Shown here in pieces: positions 37,990 through 51,689 of a stretch of 57,627 nt of DNA. Numbering within the stretch: position 1 is the first letter of the stretch; every line of letters begins with the position of its first letter. The position numbers were made by a program, and so were the translations under genes. This DNA is from Octopus bimaculoides (taxonomy: Eukaryota): assembly GCF_001194135.2 (NCBI RefSeq), contig NC_068991.1:27326817-27384443 (forward strand), read 5' to 3'. A model generated the notes under the pieces. The model made no database searches and was not told the DNA's origin. It worked only from the letters and a program-made list of their open reading frames with translations.

Positions 37990-40760
37990 TAATCATGATC
38001 GAGTAGTTCATTACGCAGATGACAATAGAGTTTCCATTGGTGCAATGACAACTGAGTGCATACCTTGTAAAGCAAAGAAGTAGTCTGGAGAGACACCTGA
38101 ACTGTGCTGCAGTGGTGGAAAGGTTAAACTTCTTGCAATCCCCCAATCTCAAAAGCCATTGAAGAAACTGTTGTCATCAACTGAGTAAGATTTCAAGCAC
38201 ATCTAAAACAAAATTAGACAGTACAATGTTGCACTACAGATAACATCATTTGGATATAACTGAGCGAGGATTCATGCAAAATTTTAATGTCCAAGGCCAT
38301 ATTTATCATCGGATTGGCTCTCTTCTACCTCTGTCAAATGAATCACCAAAATGCCTTCAAATATATTTTATGGGTGATTCTCAACAAGAAATGTAAGAGA
38401 GGTGCAAGAGCATTGTAGTGCCTCTGCAAAAGATGCTGCATAACAACAACCTGATCAGAAGCTTCAAGACTGCACTTGAAACAATTACACCTGACTCCAT
38501 GGATTACAAGGTTATTATCAGATCAGACAAGAAACCATCTGGTCAACATGGATGGAAGTTGTATGCACCACCAGCAAATGAAATAGCTGTGCTTCTGGTT
38601 GGGCAAGAACATGACAAGTGTGACATTGTCCTCCATCTCAGAGACAGCATACTGACAGACACAGTCCAACTACAAATGGAAGCTCCAAAAAATACCACAC
38701 TCACAGCATTCTTCAAGCTCTATGATGATGATTAATTTGCTATAAGACTGCTATACAAAGAAGTTCCACCATTCTATACCTGGTACCAAGACAAATGGAA
38801 AAGACGTGCGCTTGGAGCACCCGCACATCATCCGGGAATCAAGAAATCAGACACACTTGGTAAAGTCTATGTTGTCCATCCTAACTACTCAGAGTGCTAC
38901 TATCTAAGGTTTTTATTACACCATGTCAAGGGACCCAGATCATTTACGGCCTTACGTACGGTTTACAACACAGTATGTCAAACATATCAGAGGCCCTCTG
39001 AAAGATTATGATGCACACTGACATGCCATTCTGACAGAGGCACAAATCTGCAAGTCTGACAGAGGCACAAATATGCACCTGAGAAACCTCTCCTCCATCA
39101 TGCTGGTAAATTATTGATTGTCAAATCCAAATCAACTTTGGTACAAAACAAGGAGGGGCTTTCTGAAGTCATTTTTCAAACAATTCAATATCAGTGTGAC
39201 GGTGATGTCACGTTCAATGATAATAGCTTCAATGAGGCATTACGATTAATAGGCAACAAGGTTCAATCACTGGGTGGAAACAAATTTGAAATCTATGGTC
39301 TTCCAGCTGATGTCAGAGATGTTTAACACAGATTAGCACAAGAGCTAATCAGGGAAACATCATACAACATGGAAAGCTTACAACATGAAAAGGAACCAAT
39401 TCTGGTATAGGATCAAAAGGAGGTATACTAGCAAGTTCTTACATCTCTGGACAATAACACTGGTGGGGTCTTCTTCTTCGATACTCATGGAAGCACAGGA
39501 AATACATTATTGATCAACCTACTCCTTGCCAAGGTGAGACAGAAGAAGAAGATTGCTCTGGCTGTTGCATCCTCTGGCATTGCAGCCACACTCCTAAAAG
39601 GTGGATAAACAGCCCATTCAACATTCAAGCTGCCTCTGAAACTCGTCCTAAATAAATCTCCTTTATGCAACATATCCGAGAATACAGCGTTAGCAAAGCT
39701 CCTTACAGATGCCAAACTCATTGTCTTGGATGAGCAACAATGTCCCATAAGGTAGTCTTTCGAACAATTGATACAACATTGCAAGACTTCAGAAACAATA
39801 ATATCATGGGTGGTGTCACCCTCCTTATGGCTGGTAATTTCCTCTCATTCTCAGAGGAACAAGGGCAGATGAACTGAGAGTTTGTATCAAGTCCTCATAT
39901 ATCTGGCGACATGTCAAGCAGCTTACTCTGACAACCAACATGAGGGTTCACATTCATGGTTACCCGTTAGCCGCACAGTTCTCCAAGTTACTTGAAATTG
40001 GAAATGGAAAACTTTCACAAGATCCAGAAGATAGTCTGCACCACCTCCTATGAGGCAATATGACTGCTTCCTTTGAAGAACTGAAGAGCAAGGTGTTTCC
40101 AAACACTGTCACAAACTCAAAAATTCACAAGTTGCTATGTGAAAGAACAATTCTGGCACCAGAGAATGATGCTGTAGAGAAGCTGAATCAAAATTTGTTG
40201 TCTCAGCTTCCAGGACCTGAATGTTCATGCAGATCAATTGACTCTGTCCCTGATCAAGAACAGGCAACGCATTACCCAGTGGCGTTCCTCAATTCACTTT
40301 TGCCACCAGGATTTCCAGCACACATCTGATCATGAAAACAGGTGCTCCTATAATGTTATTGATAAACCTTGATGCACCCAGAATCTGCAATGGAACAAGG
40401 TTGGTTGCTGAAACAGCCATGCCCCATGTGTTGGAAGCAACAATAATAACAGGCAACATGATAGGCGAGAATGTCTTCATTCCAAGGATACCTCTTCTCT
40501 CAAATGATCTCCCCTTTGAGTTCAAGAGACTGCAGATTCCTGTCAAATTTAGCTTTGCAATGTCTATCAACAAAGCACAAGGTCAATCTCTAAAGGTGGT
40601 GGGAGATTTAACCTCCTTCAACCTTGCTTCTGACATGGTCAGCTGTATGCTGGATGTTCTAGTATTGAAGATGAAAAGAACCGCTACATTTTCAGTGAGA
40701 AACATGGCAAGACAGAAAACACAGTATACGAAGAAGCACAGGAATAGTAGATTTATGTCA
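37990..40760 (+). mobile_element. Decayed Helitron (Rep/Helicase N-terminal region plus PIF1-like helicase)
   Basis: CKAKK*SGETPELCCSGGKVKL; VQGHIYHRIGSLLPL; APPANEIAVLLVG; TTLTAFFKL; ECYYLRFLLHHVKGPRSF; ALAVASSGIAATLL..G..TAHSTFKLP; ILAPENDAVEKLN; PIMLLINLDAPRICNGTRL; FKRLQIPVKFSFAMSINKAQGQSL. Confidence 0.95.
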
Positions 40761-40858
40761 TATACAGAAGTGTGAAAGTATTACTATTGCTATTTCGACT
40801 GACATGCGTGAATGTATATCTGTGTGTATAAAAGTGAAACAATAATGTGATATATTTG

Positions 40859-40893
<35 letters not shown>

Positions 40894-41088
40894 GGTGTAC
40901 TCTAGACACGGCCTTTCATTGTTTACAATCTATACCAGATAATATTACATGATAATATGTTGATCTTATGATATTTACTTTGTATTTTATTATACTTATT
41001 TATTGTACTTTTAATTATTAATTTTTTCTATATGTGACAGTGGATTTTCATCGATGAGTTCATGAACCTTGGTTCCTTTCCCTAAAAC

Positions 41089-41137
<49 letters not shown>

Positions 41138-41900
41138 CACAATAGAGTCAAATGTTTATTGATATTAATAGCTGTTATAAGTAAATACTTGTTGCGCACT
41201 AAAGTCGATGCAATGGATTTCCCATTCCACTGAAATTGCTGGCCGTGTGCTAAAATTTGAAACCAATATTAATAACATTTGTATTGCACTATGGTGCGGA
41301 CTTTTCCGTTCGAATTTCAAATCTCGCCAACCCTTCTCCTTTCATTTTCATATAGGTTGATATCATCGACAGCGCCCTTTTCCTTTATTTTCAGCCGCTT
41401 TTTGAAATCAAACATAATAACGTAATTTTTAAAAAATGGAGATTTTTGGAATTTTTTTGTCGAGTTTGCAGAATATAAATATTTGAAAGAATTAAATATA
41501 ATACCGAACGAACGTCTAATTCTACAAGCAATATTATGTGTAGGTTGCTGTTTTGTACGCTATGGAATTATTGGAAGGAAAACTATTTTCTGCGGTGTAG
41601 GTGTTCTAAAGTCAGCAAATATAACCGAACGAACAACGACGTCGGCGTAAACAACAAACGTCACAATAACCAAATAAGAGTTCTTAATTAAAGAGTGCTA
41701 GCATGAAGTCTTAACAGTCTACCTACTGGTATTGGTTTCGGAGAATAACGTATGTTTATTTATTACGAATTTCTGTCTCCGCTATTGAAATTGACGTTGG
41801 AAAAGAAGTAGGCTTGGTGCTGCATAGTACAATATGATGATAATTGATAAAACCTACACAAACACGCAGATTTGCACACATGCATANNNNNNNNNNTGTG

Positions 41901-41937
<37 letters not shown>

Positions 41938-42369
41938 GTACGTATAATATATATATATAGGTATATATGTATATAAACACATACACACACATGGTTATGC
42001 ATATATATGTGAGTTTAGGGAAAATTGTGCACGTTTGTGTGCATTCATAGATACACCTGGGCGTGTATGTGTGCACCATATTCTCACGATGCCTCGAAGC
42101 ACGTTCGTATTTCTTCTTTATTCAACAATGTGTGGTTGTGTAATAATATATCAGTTCGCTTATTCACCCGACTGTTTATAAAATTTAAAATGTTCCTCAG
42201 AATGTTCAATAATAATACAAAAGAGTCGTCACACACACACGCATACATGCATACACACACACACGCACTTGCATACACACACGCACTTCCTTCATCCATA
42301 CACACGTTCATCCATACACACTTTCATCCATACACACGTTCATCCATACACATACGCGCGCGTGCATAG

Positions 42370-42765
42370 GCATGGCTCTGTGGTAAAACGTTTGCTTCCC
42401 AACTACATAGTTTGCGTGGCACTTGGCGTAATGACTTCTATCATAACGCCAGTCCGACCAAACTCTTGAAAGTGCATTTCGTAGACGGACACTGGAAAAA
42501 GCCCGTCATATATAAATGTATGTGTGTGTGCGTGTGTGTGTGGGGGGGTGCGCGCGCGCGCGTGTGTGTGTATGACTTTATGTTTGTCTGTCCCCCTCCG
42601 CCACCACCACTTGATAGCCAGTGTTTATTTGGTTTACGTCCTTCTTACCTTAGAGTTTGGCAAAATTGACGGACTTAAAAATGAATATTTGGGTCGATTT
42701 TGTGGGCTAAAGCAGCGTGGTGTCCCAGCATGGCAGCAGTCCTATAACAAACACGAGTAAAAATT
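42370..42765 (+). mobile_element. tRNA-derived SINE (10925 family)
   Basis: ggcatggctctgtggtaaaacgtttgcttcccaac...gtagacggacactggaaaaagcccgtc...cccagcatggcagcagtc. Confidence 0.8.
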
Positions 42766-43417
42766 GTTAAAGGTTAAAGATATATATATATAGATATATA
42801 TANNNNNNNNNNNNNNNNNNNNNNNNNNNNNNNNNNNNNNNNNNNNNNNNNNNNNNNNNNNNNNNNNNNNNNNNNNNNNNNNNNNNNNNNNNNNNNNNNN
42901 NNNNNNNNNNNNNNNNNNNNNNNNNNNNNNNNNNNNNNNNNNNNNNNNNNNNNNNNNNNNNNNNNNNNNNNNNNNNNNNNNNNNNNNNNNNNNNNNNNNN
43001 NNNNNNNNNNNNNNNNNNNNNNNNNNNNNNNNNNNNNNNNNNNNNNNNNNNNNNNNNNNNNNNNNNNNNNNNNNNNNNNNNNNNNNNNNNNNNNNNNNNN
43101 NNNNNNNNNNNNNNNNNNNNNNNNNNNNNNNNNNNNNNNNNNNNNNNNNNNNNNNNNNNNNNNNNNNNNNNNNNNNNNNNNNNNNNNNNNNNNNNNNNNN
43201 NNNNNNNNNNNNNNNNNNNNNNNNNNNNNNNNNNNNNNNNNNNTATATATAAATATCATTCTTATAAAAAAAATTGAAATTTTTACTACCAGTAGCCTAG
43301 CATGTAGAAAACTAGTCAATAGACTATACGTTATTCATGTAAATACAGTGGACATTTAAACACATAAGAGGTGTCCTATGATGGTCACCTCTGATGTGTT
43401 TAAATGTACACTGCATT

Positions 43418-43461
<44 letters not shown>

Positions 43462-43578
43462 TATAATTATTTTACGTTTACTCTCATCAATATATATCTT
43501 GTTCCTGCAGTTTTTACTTTCTTGCAGACTGCGATAATACATTGAACAGAACTAATTTTATTTTATATACCATTTTAG

Positions 43579-43950
43579 TTAACCTTGCCCATTTTTATCT
43601 ACCTTGTGCAAATCACCTAGAACATGCTTTCTAATCTTTTTGGCTGCTTGAGATAATATAGGATTTTTGTCGTGCTGGTGACGCCTATTGAAAAAGAAAC
43701 TCCTTCCATGACTACACTATTCTCCAGACAATGAGGCAGTCCTTTGTTTTAATGCCATGTTAGCCTTAAGGAGTCCTTGAAGCTTGAGATTGTCGCTCAT
43801 AGTCATATAAAGCTGGTCTCGAGTGTCTCTTTGTAATTGTGATACTTTCGCCAGATTGCAGAGATATCTTAACAAATTAAGAATTTATGTTATAAGGTAT
43901 TTGATATACTTGAATTTCTCGAAGTTGTCCATATATATGTCATTGTCCAT
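43579..43950 (-). pseudogene. Unassigned decayed ORF, possibly transposase-like
   Basis: One frame of about 124 codons with only two internal stops: MDNDIYMDNFEKFKYIKYLIT*ILNLLRYLCNLAKVSQLQRDTRDQLY...LSGE*CSHGR...ILSQAAKKIRKHVLG. Confidence 0.35.
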
Positions 43951-44028
43951 TCTGCGTTATTTATCCTAACTCATTTTTGTTTTTAACATACACACACACA
44001 CACGCACACACTCACACACACACACACA

Positions 44029-44076
<48 letters not shown>

Positions 44077-44190
44077 NNNNNNNNNNNNNNNNNNNNNNNN
44101 NNNNNNNNNNNNNNNNNNNNNNNNNNNNNNNNNNNNNNNNNNNNNNNNNNNNNNNNNNNNNNNNNNNNNNNNNNNNNNNNNNNNNNNNNN

Positions 44191-44241
<51 letters not shown>

Positions 44242-46587
44242 TGAGTGAGTGTGTGCGTGTATACTTCTCAAGCTGATAATCAGATAAAATAAACTAAATA
44301 CACACTTGGCTTTGCTTGCATGCTGAAAGTCGTTGCTTTCTTTCAGAATGCAATAACCATAAACCAATTTAGAGCGTCGTCAATTAAGCTGCTAGCTTTC
44401 GCGAAACAATGCGATGGCTATCAAATTGTTTGGCGTGTGTAAGCTACAGCATCATTCAATGGTGTCTGAAGCCAAATTTTTTCGAAAACAAAACTTCACA
44501 TATTTCCTCCACATAGCTTTCATTCATCACTTTTGAAATGCCGAAAGTCGTGACAGCAATCAATAACACAAACATAAAAGATCAGACTTATTAACTCCCA
44601 AGTCATAAGAAAATTTAAAGCAGAACAGTCTTCCCTCTCTCTTTTCCTCCTGCTACTTTCCCTTTCAACTGACTCACTCCAAATTATGCATTTATATATT
44701 TTTAAAATTCATTTATCCATCTTCCTTTTAGATTCAAACATTCAGGATCAGTTTACTGTATTTTTTTCATTTACTGTTACACTAACAAAGTGAGCGATGT
44801 TAATTTTTTTTAATAAAAAGCTATTTTTCCTTTACATGTTTCAGAATATTTGATGTTGACTTCTCTTTAGATGAAATTATTCGTAATTGTACTTACATCT
44901 TGTCTGCTTTTCAGGTAACATTTTTTTTCTTTTTTGTCGGTATTACTTTGTACAGCCACTAAATACATAAAATTTTTTGTTTGTTGTTTGGCAACTATCA
45001 TCTATTCCAAATAGAAACAAATTTATTCAAACTACTGTCTATCATAGTTTTCACTTCAAAATATCTATTTAATTTATTACACAACTTTTGCTTTCAATAT
45101 AAAAGAAGACCACTAAAAAATACTGTCATAAATTTTTTAGTTCTGTTTCTTGTTGTAGTTACAAATAAATATATTCCAGTCAACTGACACTTTCACATGT
45201 ACGCATGTGTTATTGTAGTTGCGTCTACATTTATTTATCGGCAACCTTGTGTGTGTGTGTGTGTGTGTGTGTCTGTCTGTCTGTCCGTCTGTCTGTCTGT
45301 CCGTGTGTACGTGCGTGCATGTGTGTGTGTGTTGTAAGATATGCAGGCGTATACATGCAGTCAAACAGAAATACGGATACCCACAGCACCATACATATCA
45401 CAACACAACCACAGAACTATATATGCATACAGCCACTTACATACACACAAGCACATATGAACACGACTACATACACTACACATATTCTCTCTTTCTTTCT
45501 CCCTCTCTCACACACACACGCATACACACACACACACATACACATGCAAGCCCGAGTTAGTAAGAAAATGCAAAACATTCCGTCCATTTTTTTCCATACT
45601 ACTAATTATTTCAGTTTACAAGAGATATTTTGGTTGAGTCACTAACAAAACACGCTTTATATGTCATCATTATTAACTCCAGTCAGAGTGATGCATTGGC
45701 AGAATCGCTAGAGCATGCACAAAATGTCTTACGTTAATAAATATTCAGGCTTTTAAAACTCAGTTGAAATCCCTTCGGGTTAAACTTTACAGTTAAATCA
45801 TTTCAGGGTTGTTGTTATAATGTACTAGTCTTCTTTATTCTTTAATGTGAATATGTTAAATATGTTAAAACATGAGTGTAATAAATATGTGTGTGATTTT
45901 GTGCCGCAATGAAGAGTTGCAATCGGCAAACCAATAAAAAGAATTTTCAACAATGCAGTAATTCCCACCTTACTTTTTCTGTGTACTTATGGTCAGACAG
46001 ACGGGGTAGCGAAACATTATAACGAATCCACATCGTCACTCGATCTGCAAGCGATAACATTTAAGTCTCTTTTAGATCACACCTTACTGTATTGAAAAAA
46101 TGTCACACAGGGAAACATAGCCTTAGCTGTCTTAAAGTTTAAAATGTTTGCGTCTGGGATGCCTTTGATTTCAAGCTTACTCTTTTTCGACTTTATACTT
46201 TCGTGGATCTTGTTGTTATTGATGTTGTTTGTTCTAGGGATAAACACTAAGACCCTCTTAAATATTGAGGTCAAGTCTCCAGTTTGACAGTAACTTTTCT
46301 TCTACCTGACTAACAACATTCATGATTTCTGCATCTCACTTTTGATTATAAGACAAAAAATAAATTGTACAAGTTATGGAGACCAAAATTCTTCGTAAAT
46401 CTTTTTCTTCTTGTAAAACGCCCTGTCAACTGATGGAAGTAGATTTAAGAAAACAATCTTCTATTGATGAGGTTAAATATGGCGCAAACATGTCCATATA
46501 TGTCGCCTTGTCTGCTAAGAGAATCAAGTTTTCCCTCTGAGTAGCAAAATTGAATTTTCTCTGAAATAAATTCTTAATTTCTTGAAT

Positions 46588-47520
46588 CAAGTGGGCAGCT
46601 GAAGTTAGGAAAGGAAGCGAGAATCTTAAAGATGAACTATGCTCTGGACGCCCTGTAACTTCCACCAGCGAGGAAACAGTGATTGTGGTCAGCACATGTG
46701 ATGGATGACAGGCGATTGACTATAAATCAAATAGCCAATGGTGGTGACATATCTCAAGATAGAGATGAGAATTATCTGCACGATGAACTTAGCCACGCCT
46801 TTTGATATCTGATCAAAAGTATACCACACTGATCAAATCACAAAAAATCTAACATTGCTTGAGGAAGACCCAGCTGGTTTCCTTGAAGGTTTCCTAATCC
46901 AGAATGGGTGTTGGTTTCATCCCGTTGAGCCGGAAACAAAGAGACAATCCATGCAGTGAAAACACCCCCTCTTTACCTGCTCCAAAAATGGTTATGGTCA
47001 TTTCTTCTACAGGAGAGGTGATGGCTTAAGTTTTGGGATACAAAGGGCATTGTGTTTCTTCATTATCATCAAAAAGGCTACACCATCAATGGAGAGTACT
47101 ATGCCAACTTACTGAGGTTGTTACGAAAGGCTATCATAACCAAACGCCCTGGAAAACAAAGGACAGGGGTCTTGTTTCATCGGGACAATGCTCCAGCACA
47201 CAAGTCCTGTTTGAATGGCTGGTGTACGTGAGTCTGGCTTTGAATTGGTTGATTATCGTCTTTGCTTTCCTGATTTATTCACATCTGATTATTATATGTT
47301 CTCCAACATGAAGAAATACTTGACTGGGAGCCAGTGTCGCAGTTGATGTCTTTTTTGACCAAGAGGATAAACATTTCTTCACTCTTAGGATCCAAGCACT
47401 GCAATACCGATAGAAGAAGTGTATAGGCCACCAGGAGTCTATGTTGAAACAAACCTTATTTGGTCATATTCCATCAAAGTATATCGGTCAGCCTACGAAG
47501 CCTCCAGCCAACCCACTTGT
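46588..47520 (+). mobile_element. Mariner transposase relic (distinct from 3661 and 22615), right terminus retained
   Basis: KWAAEVRKG.ENLKDELCSGRPVT; MDDRRLTINQIAN; HPVEPETKRQSMQ*KHP; VLFHRDNAPAHKS; SDYYMFSNMKKYL; TIR-like end ggtcagcctacgaagcctccagccaaccc. Confidence 0.9.
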
Positions 47521-47531
47521 GTGTGTGTGAT

Positions 47532-47576
<45 letters not shown>

Positions 47577-47659
47577 TGTGTGTGTGNNNNNNNNNNTGTG
47601 TGTATGTGTGTGTGTGCGTGCGTGTGTGTTTGCTGCCGGAGAAGAGGATGAAAAAATGT

Positions 47660-47960
47660 AGAGATGTATATGAGGAGGATCCTGGAAAATCTGGTTGCTA
47701 AGTTTGGGACTAAGATTTTGTCGATCAGTGGACTGGACGCCACTGCATAGTACCAAATATCCTGCCCAATCAGTCTAGAATAAGAGCCCATACAGTAACA
47801 GCTTACGGTTCAAGGACCGCAAATTTTCAATACCTTGCCCAAATACGCCAGGAACCTATGAAGTACAAACATGGATGTGGTCGAAGAGTAATTAGACAAA
47901 ATTTTATCTGCTATACCAGATAATACCACATGACGGCAAGAAACGCAGAGAGGGGTAGGT
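47660..47960 (+). mobile_element. CR1/Jockey-like LINE 3' fragment
   Basis: ILENLVAKFG...TGRHCIVP...SRIRA...GPQIFNTLPKY...LDKILSAIPD resembles the post-RT tail of CR1/L2-group LINEs. Confidence 0.6.
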
Positions 47961-48499
47961 AGACCTGTCCAAATCACTAAACTTCACTAGGACCAATTTC
48001 GAAGGTAGGTAAGTCTAAAATAAGTAACCATTTGTGCTAATAGTGGTTCCCTACCATGGTTTCAGCCTCTGGCTGAATCTGATAATAGAATAGGTGACAA
48101 ATTACAATTTGCGTCAAGGAAATGACGTTCAATTCCAAACCAGTAAAGTATTACAGAAAAATGACTGACGTGTAATCAAATAGGTAATATAGAAGACATT
48201 CATAAAAAGGCATATAATATGAAATAAATATATATTTATACACCAAAAAGCGTAAATTTTACAAACTTTTCATTTTGCCGTGGATTTTTACTGAAAAATG
48301 GTTACTGATAATTAGTTCTTCAATTAGTAACCATATTACGAAAATAACTCTTTCATTTCTTCACTGCGATTTTTGTATTCATGTTTTCGAAAATTTCCGT
48401 TTTCAATTATTGCTTACTTTAATAATTTAGTAATTTAATGATTTTAAAAAACTCAAATTAGCTACTATAGGTGCTTCTGTTTCCAGCTGATGTTCTTAC

Positions 48500-48501
48500 T
48501 C

Positions 48502-48537
<36 letters not shown>

Positions 48538-48543
48538 ATACTA

Positions 48544-48639
<96 letters not shown>

Positions 48640-48640
48640 A
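48500..48640. repeat. (CTA)n microsatellite
   Basis: Direct inspection. Confidence 0.95.
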
Positions 48641-49357
48641 GACGACGACGTTGAAGACAATGGTGACAGTGGCAACGAAAATTGCAGCTGTTTTTTACTG
48701 TCACTGATATTGATGCTAATTTTTTGGCTTAGATACTGCTACTGCTGCGACTGCTACTACCACTACTACTGTTTTACTACATTCACAGATACTTATTTTG
48801 TTATGAGGACTTGGAATGTAGAGCTCTGTTATTTGGTGGAGGTGTCCATTACACAATGAATGTTTGTGGTCATTGAAGGTTATTTATCACTTGCCACTGC
48901 TACTACAATTACAACTACTATTAATGTTACTAGTACTAATACTACGAATAATGCTTTTACAAAACATGCAGTCAATGTTGGTAATGTTGTAACAATTTCT
49001 AGTAATACTATTATGCCAGCAACTACTGAATCTATCACTAGAGAAACAACTATTATTACTACAATTACTATTGCAGTAATAATCAAAGAGAGAGCATGTA
49101 AGCTGTAGTTCGATCTGATAAAGATAGTACGGTATTTTTGTAGCCTGAACATTTAGGAGGTGTAGCAGCACCATTGTGAACAAATGATATGTCATGGAAA
49201 ATGTTGTTCTTCCTGAATCTCGGAAGCCCACTTTTCACAAAGTGATAAATAAAGAGAGAAGTCAAGGTTGCTTTCACTGTGAGGTTACTTACAGAGCGAA
49301 CCGAGTGTCTGATATGCTTTTGTCCGATTTAATTGCATGTATATATATATATATATC

Positions 49358-49727
49358 GGCGCAAGCGTGGCTGTGTGGTAAGAAGCTTGCTTCTGAGCCG
49401 CATGGTACCAGGCTCAGTCCCATTGTGTGTTACCTTGAGCAAGTGTCTCCCACTATATCCTCGGACCGACCAAAGCCTTGTGAGTGGATTTGGTAGACGG
49501 AAACTGAAAGAAGCTCGTCGTATACGGATATATTTAGGTGTATGTTTGTGTTTGTCTCTACGCCATCGCTTGACAACTGATGCTGGTGTGTTTATGACAC
49601 CGTAACTTAACTGTTCGGCAAAATATCCCGATGGAATAAGTACTAAGCTTACAAAGAATAAGTCCTGGGGTCGATTTCTTTGACTAAAGTGATACTCCAG
49701 CATGCCCGCAGTCAAATGACTGAAACA
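49358..49727 (+). mobile_element. tRNA-derived SINE (10925 family), near full length
   Basis: ggcgcaagcgtggctgtgtggtaagaagcttgcttc...ccaaagccttgtgagtggatttggtagacggaaactg...ccagcatgcccgcagtcaaatgactgaaaca. Confidence 0.9.
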
Positions 49728-51249
49728 NNNNNNNNNNNNNNNNNNNNNNNNNNNNNNNNNNNNNNNNNNNNNNNNNNNNNNNNNNNNNNNNNNNNNNNNN
49801 NNNNNNNNNNNNNNNNNNNNNNNNNNNNNNNNNNNNNNNNNNNNNNNNNNNNNNNNNNNNNNNNNNNNNNNNNNNNNNNNNNNNNNNNNNNNNNNNNNNN
49901 NNNNNNNNNNNNNNNNNNNNNNNNNNNNNNNNNNNNNNNNNNNNNNNNNNNNNNNNNNNNNNNNNNNNNNNNNNNNNNNNNNNNNNNNNNNNNNNNNNNN
50001 NNNNNNNNNNNNNNNNNNNNNNNNNNNNNNNNNNNNNNNNNNNNNNNNNNNNNNNNNNNNNNNNNNNNNNNNNNNNNNNNNNNNNNNNNNNNNNNNNNNN
50101 NNNNNNNNNNNNNNNNNNNNNNNNNNNNNNNNNNNNNNNNNNNNNNNNNNNNNNNNNNNNNNNNNNNNNNNNNNNNNNNNNNNNNNNNNNNNNNNNNNNN
50201 NNNNNNNNNNNATATATATATAAGCGTGTGCGTGTGCTAGTCTGAGATAGTTAAATTATCAACGAAAAATTTAATATCAAGAAAAGTTATAATAGTTATA
50301 CCCAGCAATTGTAATAGTAGTGCTTCATTTGAATGTGTGAACAACGTCTTTAATTTCTACAATGGTTAGTGTAGACCAAGAGTAAAACTACAGACAGGCA
50401 TGTGATTTCGGCTAATCTCAATTTTTGCAATAATATTATCAGTGTGCATTTGAAAATTTTCTTTCGGGCAGTTATCGTATATGTTCATGTGTGTGCACGT
50501 GTGTGGATGTGTATGTCTGTGTGTGTGTGCGTGTGCATTTGTGTGTGCGCGCGCATGTGTGGGTAGTATTCTCATAGAAGCACTGTACATGTGTTTGTGT
50601 GTTATCCAGACTGTACCTTGTCTAGACAAAAGCTTTCTGTTAGCTGTATACATATTACGTTTTATAAAGATACCGAGATTAAAGAATTTATAAATCATTA
50701 TTGTCTCCATGGATTTATAATACATTCTATTATCTTTCAGTCATTTTATTGTTACCGAAGCTATTTTACGTTCTTCGATGTCAAATTTACCATTCATCCT
50801 ATTAGAATCGCTAAAATAAATACTACTCATATAGTTGAGCCGATACAATTCGCAGTGTGTTCCCTTCAAGTGTGTAATCATGTGGCTAATTTTGAAATCA
50901 ATGTGATCTAACAGGCTGGACAACTGTACAGAGATTCAATTGTTCGGTTGTTTCGGCATAGATTTATAAAACAGATACCAATAGAGTTTGGTTTTAAAGA
51001 ACGGATACATGACATTATACAGTTTTACATATGACCTTAAAATTATTGGGATGGTCATAGCTAAACAAACAAGCATAACAATGGCTAGATATTTATTGTT
51101 ATGATATAATCATGCGATGAGCTTCAATTGAATCGAAACTGTCTAACATTGTTTTTGTGGAGATTTCCTTTGTGTAATTTCTTCATTCCATATTAAAATA
51201 TATTTTAAGCTGTATTCTGTTCTAGGTTATATTATAATCACATTCATTG

Positions 51250-51617
51250 TAGTCATTATCTCGTGTCCAAGAATTTAGTTTCTTTGATGAATGCTTCCTT
51301 TATGGTGATGCCGTTGATACCTAATTAGACCAATTTTTGCGTAGAAGAGTCGATGGCATTGACTGTCGTTTGATTTCTTTCTTTTCTCTTTTGATAGCTT
51401 TTTGGTTCCGATGGTGATGGAACACCGCCACTTGGTTCGGTATTGCCCTTATATTTCAAAAGATTTAGTCTCAAATCCAGTGGCTTCAGAGTTGTTTTGG
51501 ATCATCGAAGAGGGCAACCCAGTGGTCTATTCTCTGAAGTGGGCTCGCTGAATAAGACTTGACGCGGGAATCTTGACTCTTCCATTCATGCTACATGTCC
51601 TGACCATTCAATCCTAG
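51250..51617 (-). mobile_element. RTE-clade LINE 3' fragment
   Basis: Minus strand reads ..WSGHVA*MEESRFPRQVLFSE.TSENRPLGCP, matching the RTE C-terminal WxGHVxRM motif. Confidence 0.75.
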
Positions 51618-51689
51618 ATAATATAGATATTTTAAACTGTTATAATATAGATATTTTAAACTGTTATAATATAGATATTTTAAACTGTT
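51618..51689. repeat. Perfect 24-bp tandem repeat, three copies
   Basis: (ATAATATAGATATTTTAAACTGTT)3. Confidence 0.95.

Noticed and set aside
42290-42355. 16-bp minisatellite (ttcatccatacacacg), about four copies
   Set aside because: Derived from the surrounding CA-rich simple repeat.
44890-44920. cttac...ttgtctgcttttcag|gtaaca, resembling a recursive (zero-length exon) splice site
   Set aside because: Donor half is weak, no plus-strand host gene is evident, and such motifs arise by chance.
46426-46695. Track ORF of 89 aa taken as one gene
   Set aside because: Its 5' third is the antisense of the mariner relic; only the part left of about 46590 is unexplained and is reported separately.
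48860-49108. Thr-rich mucin-like ORF
   Set aside because: Degenerate (ACT)n simple repeat next to the pure (CTA)n array.
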